From an uncultured Chloroflexia bacterium (GTDB lineage Bacteria > Chloroflexota > Anaerolineae > JAAYZQ01): a DNA stretch of 64,000 nucleotides. The position numbers were made by a program, and so were the translations under genes. The first letter of the stretch is position 1. Every line of letters starts with the position of its first letter. Location: assembly GCA_963783445.1 (NCBI GenBank), contig CAWANP010000012.1, positions 466,249 through 530,248 on the forward strand, given 5' to 3'. The notes beneath the pieces are model-generated. The model was not told the origin of the DNA. It did not search any database and was given only the letters and a program-made list of their open reading frames with translations. Shown here one piece after another: positions 1-9,626 of this stretch.

Positions 1-112
1 CGGTGCCCTGGCCGACGCGGCCGAAGCATAGGCAAAACACAGATCTTTATCACATAGGCAGTATAACCAGGAATCTGTTTGTACCTGGTATCAAATCCAA
101 GGGAGAAATGCA

Positions 113-643
113 ATGAGTACTCTGATCGCAATTGTGTACGACAAGGAGCAGACGGGCTTTGATGCCCTGAACGCGCTTGGTGATATGCAGAAGCAGCAGC
201 TCATCACGCTCGCCGACGCGGCCGTGGCCACCAAAGACGCCAAGGGCAAAGTCAAGGTCAAGCAGACGCTGGAGAACCAGGTCAGCGGCACCGCCGCCAT
301 CTGGGGCGGCTTCTGGGGCCTGCTCATCGGCTTGTTGTTTCTGGCGCCCATCTTTTGGGGGCTGATCGGCGCTCTGCTTGGCTACATCATGGGCAAGGCC
401 GGCGACGTCGGCATCGACGACAAGTTCATCAAGGAAGTAGGCGACTCGTTGGACATCGGCCAGTCGGCGCTGTTCATGCTGGTCGTTGAGGCCACGACGG
501 ACAAGGTTCTGGATGCCATGAGCAAGTTCGGTGGCAAGGTGTACCAGACCTCGCTCTCCAAGGATGACGAGGCAAAGCTCCAAAAGGCGCTGGAGCACAA
601 GAACGTGAGTGATGCTGCTGACGAGATGGTAGACCTGGACTAG
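113..643 (+). CDS. DUF1269-like small membrane protein (glycine-zipper TM segment)
   Basis: ATG at 113 preceded by GGGAGA RBS; hydrophobic GxxxG-rich core AAIWGGFWGLLIGLLFLAPIFWGLIGALLGYIMG; family recalled from memory. Confidence 0.55.
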   Translation: MSTLIAIVYDKEQTGFDALNALGDMQKQQLITLADAAVATKDAKGKVKVKQTLENQVSGTAAIWGGFWGLLIGLLFLAPIFWGLIGALLGYIMGKAGDVGIDDKFIKEVGDSLDIGQSALFMLVVEATTDKVLDAMSKFGGKVYQTSLSKDDEAKLQKALEHKNVSDAADEMVDLD

Positions 644-954
644 ACGATAATCGGGCCTGTCAGTGCGAACGCTTCGCGTTCGTGCTGGCAGGTCTTCTCT
701 TTGCAATCAAGGACGGAATGCGGTGGACCGGTGACAAATGGGAAGGCATCCCCTTGGGTCAAGGTCTCATCTGCTTTTCGTCCTTTCTGATTCTGGTATC
801 CGATATCTGCCATCGTTGGGTGACCCCAAGCCAGAACGCGTCACGAAACTCGTTCAAGCCCCTTCCCTGGGGGCGGATCCGGCTTCAAGGGTGGGTCTGG
901 GAGCCATCTGGACTAAATGCCAGGCCAAGAAAGCGCGCAGACCAAGGAGGGAAA

Positions 955-2665
955 ATGCTTCAAGGACTGAAGACAAGCCGCGGCACGATGGGCGCCGATC
1001 TGGTGGCCGGCGTGGTCAATGCCGTGACCAGCATCCCCGATGCCCTGGGCTCGGCGGTGCTGGCCGGGGTCAATCCTATCCACGGACTCTATGCCATCAT
1101 GGTCGGCACGCCGGTGGGCGCGCTGACCACCGGCTCGGTCTTTATGAATGTGTCCATCACCAGCGCCATGGCGCTGGCCGTGGGCGAGGCCCTGGCTGGT
1201 TATTCAGGAGAAGAGCAAACTGAAGCGCTGATCACCCTTACTGTCCTGGTCGGCCTTGTCGCCCTGGCGCTGGGCATCCTCAAACTGGGCACGCTTACAC
1301 GTTTTGTCTCCAATGCCGTGATGACCGGGTTCTTGACTGGCATCGCCGTCCTGATCATCCTGGGCCAGCTCGGTGACCTGACGGGCTATGACAGTGACTT
1401 GAGCAACAAGGTCTTGGCGGCCTTAGACTTGATCTTGCATCCCGGCGAGTTAGACCTCGCTTCCCTGGCCATCGGCCTGCTCACCATCGTTCTGATCTTG
1501 ATCTTGGACCGGACGCGCGTCCAGAGTTTTTCGATGGTCATTGCCATTTTGGTCGGTTCGGCCCTGGTCTATCTGCTCGACCTGTCCTCAGTGGCCGTGG
1601 TCGGCGACATCTCAGAGATCCCACGTTCCATACCGACCCCCCGGCTGCCTGACCTGGGGCTGGTCCCCAAGCTCTTCGGCCCGGCCTGTGCCGTGGCCAT
1701 CATCGGCCTGGTGCAGGGGGCCGGCGTGGGCCGCAGCTATGCCAATCCCGACGGCAGCTACCCGGATCCGTCGCGGGACTTTTCCGGGCAGGGGATCGCC
1801 AACATCGTGACTGGTTTCTTTCAGGGCATGCCCGTGGGCGGCTCGCCTGTCCTCCACCGCCATCAACGTCAGCGCTGGGGCCAAGACCCGATGGGCCAAT
1901 GTCCTGGCAGGCATCCTTGCTCTGGCGCTTGTCCTGCTCTTTGCTGGTTTGATCGAGCAGGTGGCCATGCCCTGCGTCGCCGCCCTGCTGATCGTGGCCG
2001 GCTGGCAGGCCATCAACTTTGAAGAGATGGCCGACGTGCGGGACGCTGGCAGGTTTCCACGGCTGGTCATGATCCTGACTTTTGCGGTAACCCTGTTCCT
2101 GCCCATCCAGCAGGCTGTGTTCTTTGGCGTCATCCTGTCGGTCCTGATCTTTGTTTACAGGGCTGCGATGCACATACGTGTCTGGGAGCTGATCTCTCTG
2201 GACGACGGCAGGCTCCGTGAGCAGGCCCCTCCCGAGGAGTTATCCAGCCGCAGTGTGACCGTGCTGCAATTCTATGGCACGACCTTCTTTGGCGCTGCCT
2301 ATACGATGGAAAAGATGCTGCCTTCCCCCTTGAAGGCGGAGCAGGCGGTCGTCGTGCTGCGCATACGCGGGCACGAGGGCGTGGCCAGTACCTTCATTGG
2401 CGTCCTGGAACGCTATGCGGAAAGGTTGCAGGCCACTGGCGGCAAGCTCGTGTTGTCCGGCGTGAGTGAGGCGGTCTGGCAGCGCCTCCTGGCCACAGAA
2501 ACGACCGAGAGCATCCCAGAAGAAGACATCTTCCTGGCTGACGACATACTGGGCTCGTCGACGCACAGGGCCCTCGTCGCGGCGAACCAATGGCTGATAG
2601 ATAACCCGCCTCCGCCGCCGGACGGTGGCGAGGAAAACAGAGGCAAGTCAGACGCCACAGGATGA
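955..2665 (+). CDS. SulP-family anion permease with C-terminal STAS domain; frame broken once near 1850 (single indel)
   Basis: GGAGGG RBS then ATG at 955; SulP TM core (…GLYAIMVGTPVGALTTGSVFMNVSITSAM…), frame switches at GGSP→ARLSSTAINVSAGAKTRWANVLAGILALALVLLFAGLIEQVAM, STAS-like C-terminus. Confidence 0.8.
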
Positions 2666-2744
2666 GAAATAAGTATGGGCTTCGTTGGGATGGGTAAGGG
2701 CAATCGCAAAGGACCGCGTTCCGCTACCCACAATACTGGAGAGA

Positions 2745-2774
2745 TGTCATTCCCGCGAAGGCGGGAATCCACTC
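2745..2774. repeat. 30-nt hairpin repeat tgtcattcccgcgaRggcgggaatccactc (copy A), 8-bp stem with GARG loop
   Basis: Near-identical copy (29/30) at 12373-12402; partial copy ttgtcattcccccgaa at 45269. Confidence 0.6.
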
Positions 2775-2878
2775 TCCTGCGAGCTACAATGCCCCTGAGA
2801 TAGGGGCTCGGAACGGTGCAGTACTGTTTCCGGTCATACGGGATTGTCCCACTAGTATGGAAAGTCAGACTTACCACC

Positions 2879-2899
2879 TTTGGCAAAGTATGGTATAAT
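2879..2899 (+). promoter_or_regulatory. putative promoter (extended -10 TGGTATAAT) for PRC-barrel gene
   Basis: tggtataat at 2891-2899, ~145 nt upstream of ATG 3046. Confidence 0.35.
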
Positions 2900-3045
2900 C
2901 GGCGTACCATAATCCATGGCGCCAAGCCGGTCCGTGACCGGCGGTGGGTAGCCAAGACTCACCCGATTGCCGAGTTCACAGTGCCAGGCACCGGACAAAC
3001 AAGTGATACTATCAAAGGATCTAGGAAAAGAACGAGGGGGATAGC

Positions 3046-3663
3046 ATGAAGGATATTCCGGTAGATGCGCGGGTCGAGTGTGCAGACGGACCTTGTGGCA
3101 AGTCCCTGGGTGTGATCGGCGAGCGTGGGACGCGAATACTGACTCACTTTGTGGTGGAGGATGAAACTCTCCCTTATCCACCTTATCAGCGTCTGGTACC
3201 GGTTGAGCATGTGGTCGAGACCACTGGTGATCTCATCCGTCTGGGCTGTACCAAAGCGGAAGTGGGGGACATGGCTCCCTTTGTCAGAACGCGGTACATC
3301 CAGAAGAAGCAACAAGACTACTCGCTTTTCGAGGGTGGCGAAGGGCCGTCCGATGATGCCTCCACAGTAGGGGTCTCCTACACCAAGAAGGAGGAAATAC
3401 TCATCCCCGAGGGCGAGTTGGGCGTATCGGTTGGTACCCGCGTCGAGGCCACCGATGGTCACGTGGGCCACGTGGGTGAGTTGCTCATGGATGAGGCCAC
3501 TGGGCAGCTAACGCACATGGTGCTGGAAGAGGGCCATCTGTGGGGCGAGAAGGAGGTCACCCTTCCTGCCTCGGTTGTGGATCGCGTCGAAGGGGATACG
3601 ATGTTCCTGAACCTGGACAAGGCGGCCGTTCACAGCCTGCCGGCTGTTCCAGTGAAGCGTTGA
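3046..3663 (+). CDS. PRC-barrel domain protein (two PRC-like repeats)
   Basis: RBS GAGGGGG; repeated motif (…GKSLGVIGERGTRILTHFVVED… / …GHVGHVGELLMDEATGQLTHMVLEEG…) typical of PRC barrels. Confidence 0.6.
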   Translation: MKDIPVDARVECADGPCGKSLGVIGERGTRILTHFVVEDETLPYPPYQRLVPVEHVVETTGDLIRLGCTKAEVGDMAPFVRTRYIQKKQQDYSLFEGGEGPSDDASTVGVSYTKKEEILIPEGELGVSVGTRVEATDGHVGHVGELLMDEATGQLTHMVLEEGHLWGEKEVTLPASVVDRVEGDTMFLNLDKAAVHSLPAVPVKR

Positions 3664-3736
3664 GGGAAAGGATAGCTGAGCTTCGGTTTGGTAGATTGCC
3701 GGATAGGCGAAGGTCGAAAACATTGTGTACCTTCAC

Positions 3737-3765
3737 TTGCTATTTTTCCGTCTTTCGGTTATAAT
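3737..3765 (+). promoter_or_regulatory. sigma70-like promoter (TTGCTA-17-TATAAT) driving the T-box leader
   Basis: ttgcta 3737-3742, 17-nt spacer, tataat 3760-3765. Confidence 0.5.
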
Positions 3766-3770
3766 CAGGT

Positions 3771-4160
3771 AACACTGGGAGGGCGCCAATTGCGCTGCTG
3801 CCCGTGCGTACAACTAGAATCGTGCACCGGCTGTGAAGGGAACGAGTAGGCGTGACGAAATGTCCAGAGAGTCCGGCCAGCGTGGTGGAAGCCGGATACA
3901 GGAAACCCGCCGAATATCCTCCCAGAGCCGCCAACCCAAAGCTATTTGACGATGCTGGCCAGGGGTACCAACCGGCTGGTGTCTGGTAGCCAGTAGGCTT
4001 GGCCGGTTTCGCCCCCCGTTAGCGGGACGTGGGTATCGTCTGGAATTGTGTGAAGGACCGTACCTGGATGAGTGAGCGGTAACGCTAGGAAGGGTGGTAC
4101 CGCGGGAGTGTCAAGTCATACGCTCTCGTCCCTTGGGGATGGAGCGTTTTATTGTTCAAG
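3771..4160 (+). promoter_or_regulatory. T-box riboswitch leader, probably Ile-specific
   Basis: Conserved T-box AGGAAGGGUGGUACCGCGGG at 4088-4107 (UGGU bulge fits discriminator A); overlapping terminator CGCUCUCGUCCC-UUGG-GGAUGGAGCG + UUUUAUUGUU at 4121-4156; Stem I base pairing ctgggagg(3775)/cctcccag(3928), AGAGAG box, AUC in gaaUAUCc on 3' side of stem; downstream operon contains ileS. Confidence 0.8.
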
Positions 4161-4212
4161 GTGATGTGTGCGGGCAGGAGCCAGTGATGCTCGACACGGA
4201 AGGAGCAAGACC

Positions 4213-5187
4213 GTGAAGTACAAGGCCTATTCCAAGCTCAGTGGTGTGCCCAATATCATCGTGGACGGGGCGGCCCAGGAGGATACGGTACTGACCTTGA
4301 GCCACTGGCCCGGCAGCGGTTCGCCGGCAGAGTTTCGGGCTGACACCAGCACCGAGATCGTGCTGAACTATCTTGCCACACCGGGCGCCAGAGATCAGTA
4401 TGCGCCCAAGATCCGTGTCGTGTCCAACAACCACTTTGACGAGGATGGTCTGTGCGCGGTCTGGGCCATGCTGAATCCAAAGCAGGCCCTGAAGATGCGA
4501 GATCTGCTGGTGGACGTGGCCAGGGCCGGTGATTTCAGTACCTACCGGCGGCCACAGGCAGCCAAGGTGGTGTTTACCATCCGCAGCTACGCCGACCCTG
4601 ACATCTCGCCCATTTCCGACAAGCTTGTGGATGATGACGGCAGCGGCAGCCGCCGGTATCAGGCCCTCTTGCCGTTGTTGCAGGACTTTATGGAAGACAC
4701 GGACCGGTATGGGCCATTTTGGGACGAGGAATGGTCGGTCATGCTCAAGAGCAAGACGGCCATGGTCATGGGTGAGGTCGAACTGCACGAGGTCCCTCAC
4801 GTGGATCTGGCCGTGGCCGAGTCGCCAGAACCCTTGCACCCCATGGTGCTCTACAACAACACCGAACGTTTGCGGGTGCTGACGGCGCTGCCTGGAGGCT
4901 ATTCCAGTTGCGCTACCGCTACGAGACCTGGGTCCAGTATGCCAGCCGGCCGGTGATGCCTCGCGTGGACCTCGACCCTCTTGCTGCCTCGCCTGCAAGA
5001 GCTGGAACAGGAGCCGGTCCAGTGGACCTTTGATGGCAATTCAGCCATTACCCCAGCTGCTTCGGCCCGTGGGGCCGGATGGTCAGCCAGCCCCCAGCAG
5101 CCTGAACCTGGGGACCCTGCTCGACGAATTGGTGGCCTTCTATGAACGAGAGCAGGACAATCCTGCATTGCAGTGGAATCCATATTA
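4213..5187 (+). CDS. hypothetical protein, first gene of T-box operon; 3' third broken by 2-3 frameshifts
   Basis: GGAAGGAG RBS + GTG 4213; 262-aa intact N-part, C-terminal pieces (…FQLRYRYETWVQYASRPVMPRVDLDPLAA… / …GTLLDELVAFYEREQDNPALQWNPY*) in other frames; no recognisable family. Confidence 0.5.
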
Positions 5188-5217
5188 GACACGAGTGAGA
5201 AGGGACGGGAGAAGGGC

Positions 5218-5940
5218 ATGACCGAGCAGTTGTATCAGACAGATAGCTATCTGCAAGACTTTGATGCCGTGGTGGTGGCGGTGGATGGCCAGGCGGTGGC
5301 TTTGGACCGCACAGCCTTCTACCCCGGTGGAGGCGGCCAGCCCGCTGATGTGGGATCATTGGCTTGGGATGGCGGCTCATCTCAAGTTGTCAAGGTGAAA
5401 AGGCAGGGCCCGGAAGTATGGCATACCCTATCCGGCGAGCTGCCAGGGGAAGGGACGCCAGTGCATGGGCAGTTGGACTGGCAGAGGCGCTACCGGTTGA
5501 TGCGTACCCACACGGCCCTCCACGTGCTGTGTGGCGTCGTCTGGCGCGACTATGGTGCCTCGGTCACTGGTGGGAACATGGAACCCTTCAAGGGCCGCAT
5601 GGATTTTGAGTTCGAGACGATGCGCGAGGAACTGGTGGCCGAGATCGAGGCCAGCGTCAATGCCGAGATAGCCAAGGACCACCCGGTGCGGACTGCTATC
5701 TTGCCCCGCGAGGAGGCATTCGAGATCCCGGATCTGATTCGCACCAAGATCAACCTGTTGCCGCCCCAGATCCAGGAGGTGCGCACCGTAGAGATCGTGG
5801 ACCTCGATCTGCAGGCGGATGGCGGCACCCACGTGGCCAACACCAGCGAGGTGGGGCTGGTGCGCGTGGTGGACTATAAGAGCAAGGGCGCAATCAACAA
5901 GCGGATCTATATTGAGCTGGACGCAGGGGAGAACGAATAG
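5218..5940 (+). CDS. AlaX-M-like aminoacyl-tRNA trans-editing protein (AlaRS editing-domain homolog)
   Basis: Zn-binding motifs of AlaRS editing fold: THTALHVLCGVV (HxxxH) and DGGTHVANTSEVG (CxxxH-like second half); GGGQPAD; RBS GGGAGAAGGGC. Confidence 0.75.
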   Translation: MTEQLYQTDSYLQDFDAVVVAVDGQAVALDRTAFYPGGGGQPADVGSLAWDGGSSQVVKVKRQGPEVWHTLSGELPGEGTPVHGQLDWQRRYRLMRTHTALHVLCGVVWRDYGASVTGGNMEPFKGRMDFEFETMREELVAEIEASVNAEIAKDHPVRTAILPREEAFEIPDLIRTKINLLPPQIQEVRTVEIVDLDLQADGGTHVANTSEVGLVRVVDYKSKGAINKRIYIELDAGENE

Positions 5941-6138
5941 CGATGCCAGAGTACCGTGTAGGCCGGATGGCCCAGGCCGAACATCGGATTGTGCATGAAT
6001 GCAGGAGGAAAGTTGTGGAGATGCCACGCCACTGGTTATCATCTCCCTATTCGATTGGTGACTCCGAAATCGGTGCCATACCCTAGCTGGCAATGCCAGC
6101 GTACCAGACCCCAATTATGCGATTTCGGAGGAGGAATA

Positions 6139-9100
6139 ATGTTTGAGCCAGTACCCAATCAAGTGGATTTTGTCAAGCAAGAGCACGAGGTGCTTGACTT
6201 TTGGCAGCGCACGATGCTTTCCGCAAGCTGAGAGAAAAGAACAAGGGAAACGCGACCTTCTCTTTCATAGATCGGCCCGATCACGGCCAACAACCCCATG
6301 GGGGTCCATCACGCCTGGGGCCGAACCTACAAGGATGTGTTCCAGCGCTACAGGGCCATGCTCGGCCTTGACCAGCGCTGGCAGAACGGCTTTGACTGCC
6401 AGGGACTGTGGGTCGAGGTCGAAGTAGAGAAAGCAGATGGGCTTTGAGACCAAGAAGGACATCGAAGCCTATGGCCTGGCCAGCTTTGTCAACCTCTGCA
6501 AGCAGCGCGTACTGGAGTACTCGGCTGTCCAAACCCAGCAGTCGATGCGCCTGGGCTATTGGATGGACTGGAACGACATCGACCAGCTGCGCTACCTCAA
6601 GGCCAAGATGGCGGAGGATCCGACCCAGGTCATCACCGTGGAGGGCCCCCACGGCCCGGTGACGGACACGGTCGAGCAGATTGTTGGGCGGCTGGGTTTG
6701 CCAGAACTGGGCGGCAGCTACTATACGTTCAGCAACGAGAACAACTATAATATCTGGACCGCCTTGAGAAAGTGCCACGACAATGGCTGGATCTACAAAG
6801 GCACGGACGTGATGCCCTGGTGCGCCCGCTGCGGCACCGGCATCAGCCAGCACGAGATCGTGACCGAGGGCTACCAGGAACTGACCCACCCCAGCGTCTT
6901 TCTCGCTTTCCCCTGCGGAAGCGACCAGGCGAGGACCTGCTGGTGTGGACCACCACCCCATGGACCCTGACCAGCAACGTTGGCGCGGCAGTGCATCCTG
7001 AACTGCCCTACGTCCTGGTCGAACAAGGGCCTGCCCTGGAGCAAGGGCCGCGAGGACAGACGCTTCTGGTTGAGCAAAGGCGCCCTGGACAATGCCCTGC
7101 GCGGGGCATTTACCGTTCTGGATGAAAAGCCGGGCGCCGAGCTGGAGGGCTGGACCTACGACGGTCCCTTTGACGAACTGCCTGCCCAGCAGGAGAGCGG
7201 ATCGGTGGCCGCTCACCGGGTTGTTCTCTGGGACGAGGTTGGCGAGGCCGAGGGCACGGGCATCGTCCACATGGCCCCCGGCTGCGGCGCGGAGGACTTT
7301 GAACTGGGTAGGGAGCTTGGTCTGCCCAGCCATCGCGCCGCTGAACGATGGGGGCATCTTTCTGGATGGCTTTGACTGGCTGACCGGACATGAGCGTCCA
7401 CGAGTCAGCCCAGCCCATCTTTGACAACTTGAAGGCCAAAGGGCTTCTCTACCGCCTTCAGGACTATACCCACCGCTATCCGGTCTGCTGGCGTTGCCAC
7501 GAGGAACTGGTCTTCCGCCTGGTGGATGAGTGGTTCATCGGCATGGGCGACCAACTGGAAAAGCCCTACGAGCAGGTGACAGAGGAGGAAAAGGCCACCC
7601 GGCTGCGCTACCAGATCATGGAAGTGGTGCAGGACACACGCTGGATCCCTGCCTTTGGCTTTGAGCGGGAGATGGACTGGCTGCGCAACATGCACGATTG
7701 GATGATCTCCAAGAAGCGCTACTGGGGCCTGGCCCTGCCCATCTGGGAGTGCCACGAGTGCGGTTGGTTCGACGTCATCGGCAGCCAGGAAGAGCTAAAA
7801 GAGCGAGCCGTGGCCGGTTGGGAGGAGTTTGAAGGGCACCCACCCCACCGGCCCTACGTGGATGCCGTCAAGATCCGCTGCGAGGAATGTGGGGCCACGG
7901 TGAGCCGCATCCCCGACGTGGGCAATCCCTGGCTGGATGCCGGCATCGTCGCCTATTCCACCCTGCAGTACCGCACCGATCCGGACTACTGGCGCAAGTG
8001 GTTCCCGGCAGACCTGATCACCGAGAGCTTTCCGGGCCAGTTCCGCAACTGGTTCTACAGTATGCTGGCCATGAGCACCATCATGGAGCGGGAGGCGCCC
8101 TTCCGCGCGGTGCAGACCTATGCCACCCTCTTTGCCGAGGATGGGCGGGCCATGCACAAGAGCTGGGGCAACGCCATCGAGTTCAACGACGCGGCCGACA
8201 CGATGGGCGTGGACGTGATGCGCTGGATGTACTGCGCTCACAAGCCCGAAACCAATCTGCTCTTTGGCTACCACCGCGCTGACGAGACCCGCCGCCGCTT
8301 CCTGATCCCGTTGTGGAACGTCTACTCTTTCTTTGTGACCTATGCCAACCTGGATGGCTGGACACCGGAGGGCGTCCAGGCCACGCTGCAACAGGGACGC
8401 TGTCCGAGCTGGATCGCTGGATGCTGGCCCGGCTGAACCAGGTCGTCGCCCGCGCGACAGAGTACATGGACAACTATGATCCTTACGGGCCACGCTGGTC
8501 GTGGAGCCGCTGCTGGACGATCTGACCAACTGGTACGTGCGCCGCAGCCGCCGTCGCTTCTGGAAGAGCGAGCAGGACGCCGACAAAGACGGGGCCTATG
8601 CCACGCTGTACCACGTCCTGCTGACGCTGACCAAACTACTGGCGCCCATCGTCCCCTTTGTGACCGAGGTGATGTACCAGAACCTGGTCCGTTCCGTGGA
8701 CAAGGGCGCGTGCGAAAGCGTGCACCACTGCGACTGGCCGGAGGCGGATGAGAGGCTGGATGGACCAGGAGCTGCTGGATCGCATGGCCCTGGCCATGCA
8801 GATCGCCGCCCTGGGCCGATCGGCCCGGAGCACATCGGGCGTCAAGCTGCGGCAGCCGCTGGCCCGGGCCCGGGTCTATGCCGGCAAGCGCGCGCCGGAC
8901 CTCGGGGCCCTGGCGGACCTGGTGACCGATGAACTCAATGTCAAGGCCATCGAGTTCGTGGACACAGGAAGCCGACCTGGTCGAGTACGAGATCGGCCTG
9001 CTGCCCAACGTCCTGGGTCCCAAGCACGGCAAGCGCTTTCCCCTCCTGCGCAAAGCCGTGGCGGCGCGGACGCTGGAGCGCTGGCCGCGCGCTTCCAGGC

Positions 9101-9518
9101 AGGCCTCAGCGTGACCCTGGACCTGGGTGACGGTGGGCCGGCCGTGGAGCTGTTGCCGGAAGAGGTGGAGGTCCGGACCCACGGTCGCGAGGGCTATGCT
9201 GTTGCTGAGGAAAAGGGCATCATCGTGGCCGTAGACGTCACCCTGACGCCCGAACTGGCCCGCGAGGGTCTGGCCCGCGACCTGGTGCGCCGCGTCCAGA
9301 CGCTGCGCAAAGAGGCAGACTTGCAGCTCGACGACCGCATCAGTACCTACTATGCCGGCAGACGAACTGAACGCCGTCGTGGCCGAGTGGGCCGGCTATA
9401 TCCAGGCCGAGACCCTCAGCCTGGAACTTGTACCCGGCCCGGTGCCTGATGATCTGGCCCAGCAGGGCGCCTTCGAACTCGGCGGGCATGCGGTAGAGTT
9501 GGGCATCCGGAAAATCTA
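6139..9518 (+). CDS. ileS: isoleucyl-tRNA synthetase, reading frame shattered by >=10 single-base frameshifts (pseudogene or assembly artefact)
   Basis: Collinear IleRS pieces across ORFs 5989-6231, 6437-6970, 6772-7125, 6980-7375, 7390-8436, 8313-8525, 8501-8932, 8748-9449, 8929-9114: HIGH region [17 protein letters not shown], editing [18 protein letters not shown] and [16 protein letters not shown], Zn knuckles CWRCHEE/CHECGW/CEECGAT, KMSKS-type AMHKSWGNA; two indels reconstructed as 1-nt insertions (gatCggccc, aaaGcagatg). Confidence 0.85.
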
Positions 9519-9626
9519 GACGAGTTCCAGCCTTGCTCGGCCTTTGCAGGGCTGGAACCTTCTGGTACTGGCTGGCAGGGGTTTGGACGTAGAGTCCAGG
9601 TCTGTGCCCGCGGTCAGAGTGGTATT

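Noticed and set aside
50-706. 218-aa ORF on minus strand
   Set aside because: Lies antisense to the well-supported DUF1269 gene (113-643), with no RBS; a typical GC-rich shadow ORF.
3771-3935. Possible cobalamin or M-box (ykoK) riboswitch (GGGAA…GTGA.AAAT, CGCTGCTGCCC)
   Set aside because: Matches are partial and in the wrong order. The same leader contains an unambiguous T-box sequence plus terminator, and the downstream genes are tRNA/Ile-related, so T-box Stem I is the better explanation.
3771-4160. RNase P RNA or tmRNA
   Set aside because: GAGAGTCCGG and ACAGGAAACCCGCC resemble RNase P CR-I/CR-V, but they are only 30 nt apart. There is no GGTGCGGTAAGAGCGCACC region and no tRNA-like GGTTCGA T-arm.
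8340-9182. 280-aa minus-strand ORF
   Set aside because: Antisense to ileS coding sequence; Arg/Pro/Gly-rich composition typical of GC-rich antisense frames.
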